Source: Octopus sinensis
Taxonomy: Eukaryota
Length of the DNA stretch: 64,000 nucleotides
Direction of reading: 5' to 3'
Assembly: GCF_006345805.1 (NCBI RefSeq)
Contig: NC_043004.1
Coordinates: 93,682,001 to 93,746,000, forward strand
In this document: positions 63,767 to 64,000 of the stretch, one piece after another
Layout of the letters: each line of letters starts with the position of its first letter
Position numbering within the stretch: the first letter of the stretch is position 1
Made by a program: the position numbers and the translations under genes
Notes under the pieces: model-generated
The model's database searches: none
Told to the model about the DNA's origin: nothing
The model's input: only the letters and a program-made list of their open reading frames with translations

Positions 63767-64000
63767 TACTCTTTTACTTGTTTCAGTCATTTGACTGTGG
63801 CCATGCTGGAGCACCGCCTTTAGTCGAGCAAATCGACCCCGGGACTTATTCTTTGTAAGCCCAGTACTTATTCTATCGGTCTCTTTTGCCGAACCGCTAA
63901 GTGACGGGGACGTAAACACACCAGCATCGGTTGTCAAGCAATGCTAGGGGGACAAACACAGACACACAAACATATACACATACATACAAATATATATATA
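63767..64000 (-). mobile_element. SINE family A 3' half (runs off the window)
   Basis: Homology to 2666-3077. Confidence 0.87.

Overview
AT-rich, microsatellite- and SINE-dense animal DNA. The repeat families and the GCTTAC-type 5S sequence point to an octopus/coleoid cephalopod (inference). The only host protein-coding gene I can support is a DOCK-C family Rho-GEF (DOCK7-like, DOCK6/7/8 co-orthologue) on the minus strand. Eight GT-AG exons between 19878 and 1671 splice into one uninterrupted 325-codon frame. The expected first coding exon is not found, so 20-64 kb is probably a first intron of more than 44 kb, and the gene continues beyond base 1. The rest is a layered transposon landscape: a 5'-truncated RTE LINE (32.6-36.0 kb) whose 3' UTR is the source of the commonest dispersed repeat here, older RTE relics, an R4/Dong-like fragment in (TAA)n, CR1-like and L1/Tx1-like 3' ends, at least four tRNA-derived SINE families, two Helitrons, and hAT, piggyBac and Tc2-like MITEs. 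Most interesting observations: (i) minimal hammerhead ribozyme motifs, sense to the DOCK pre-mRNA, in three consecutive introns; (ii) a full-length 5S copy joined co-directionally to an RTE tail; (iii) a compact H-type pseudoknot motif reiterated in the RTE 3' UTR; (iv) a PHD finger embedded in the RTE reverse transcriptase; (v) two fold-back hairpins with shared architecture; (vi) a 57/59-nt inverted pair 18 kb apart; (vii) inverted repeats that could circularise an in-frame 303-nt exon block. Repeat boundaries were read by eye and are approximate unless a TSD or TIR is quoted. No database search was run.
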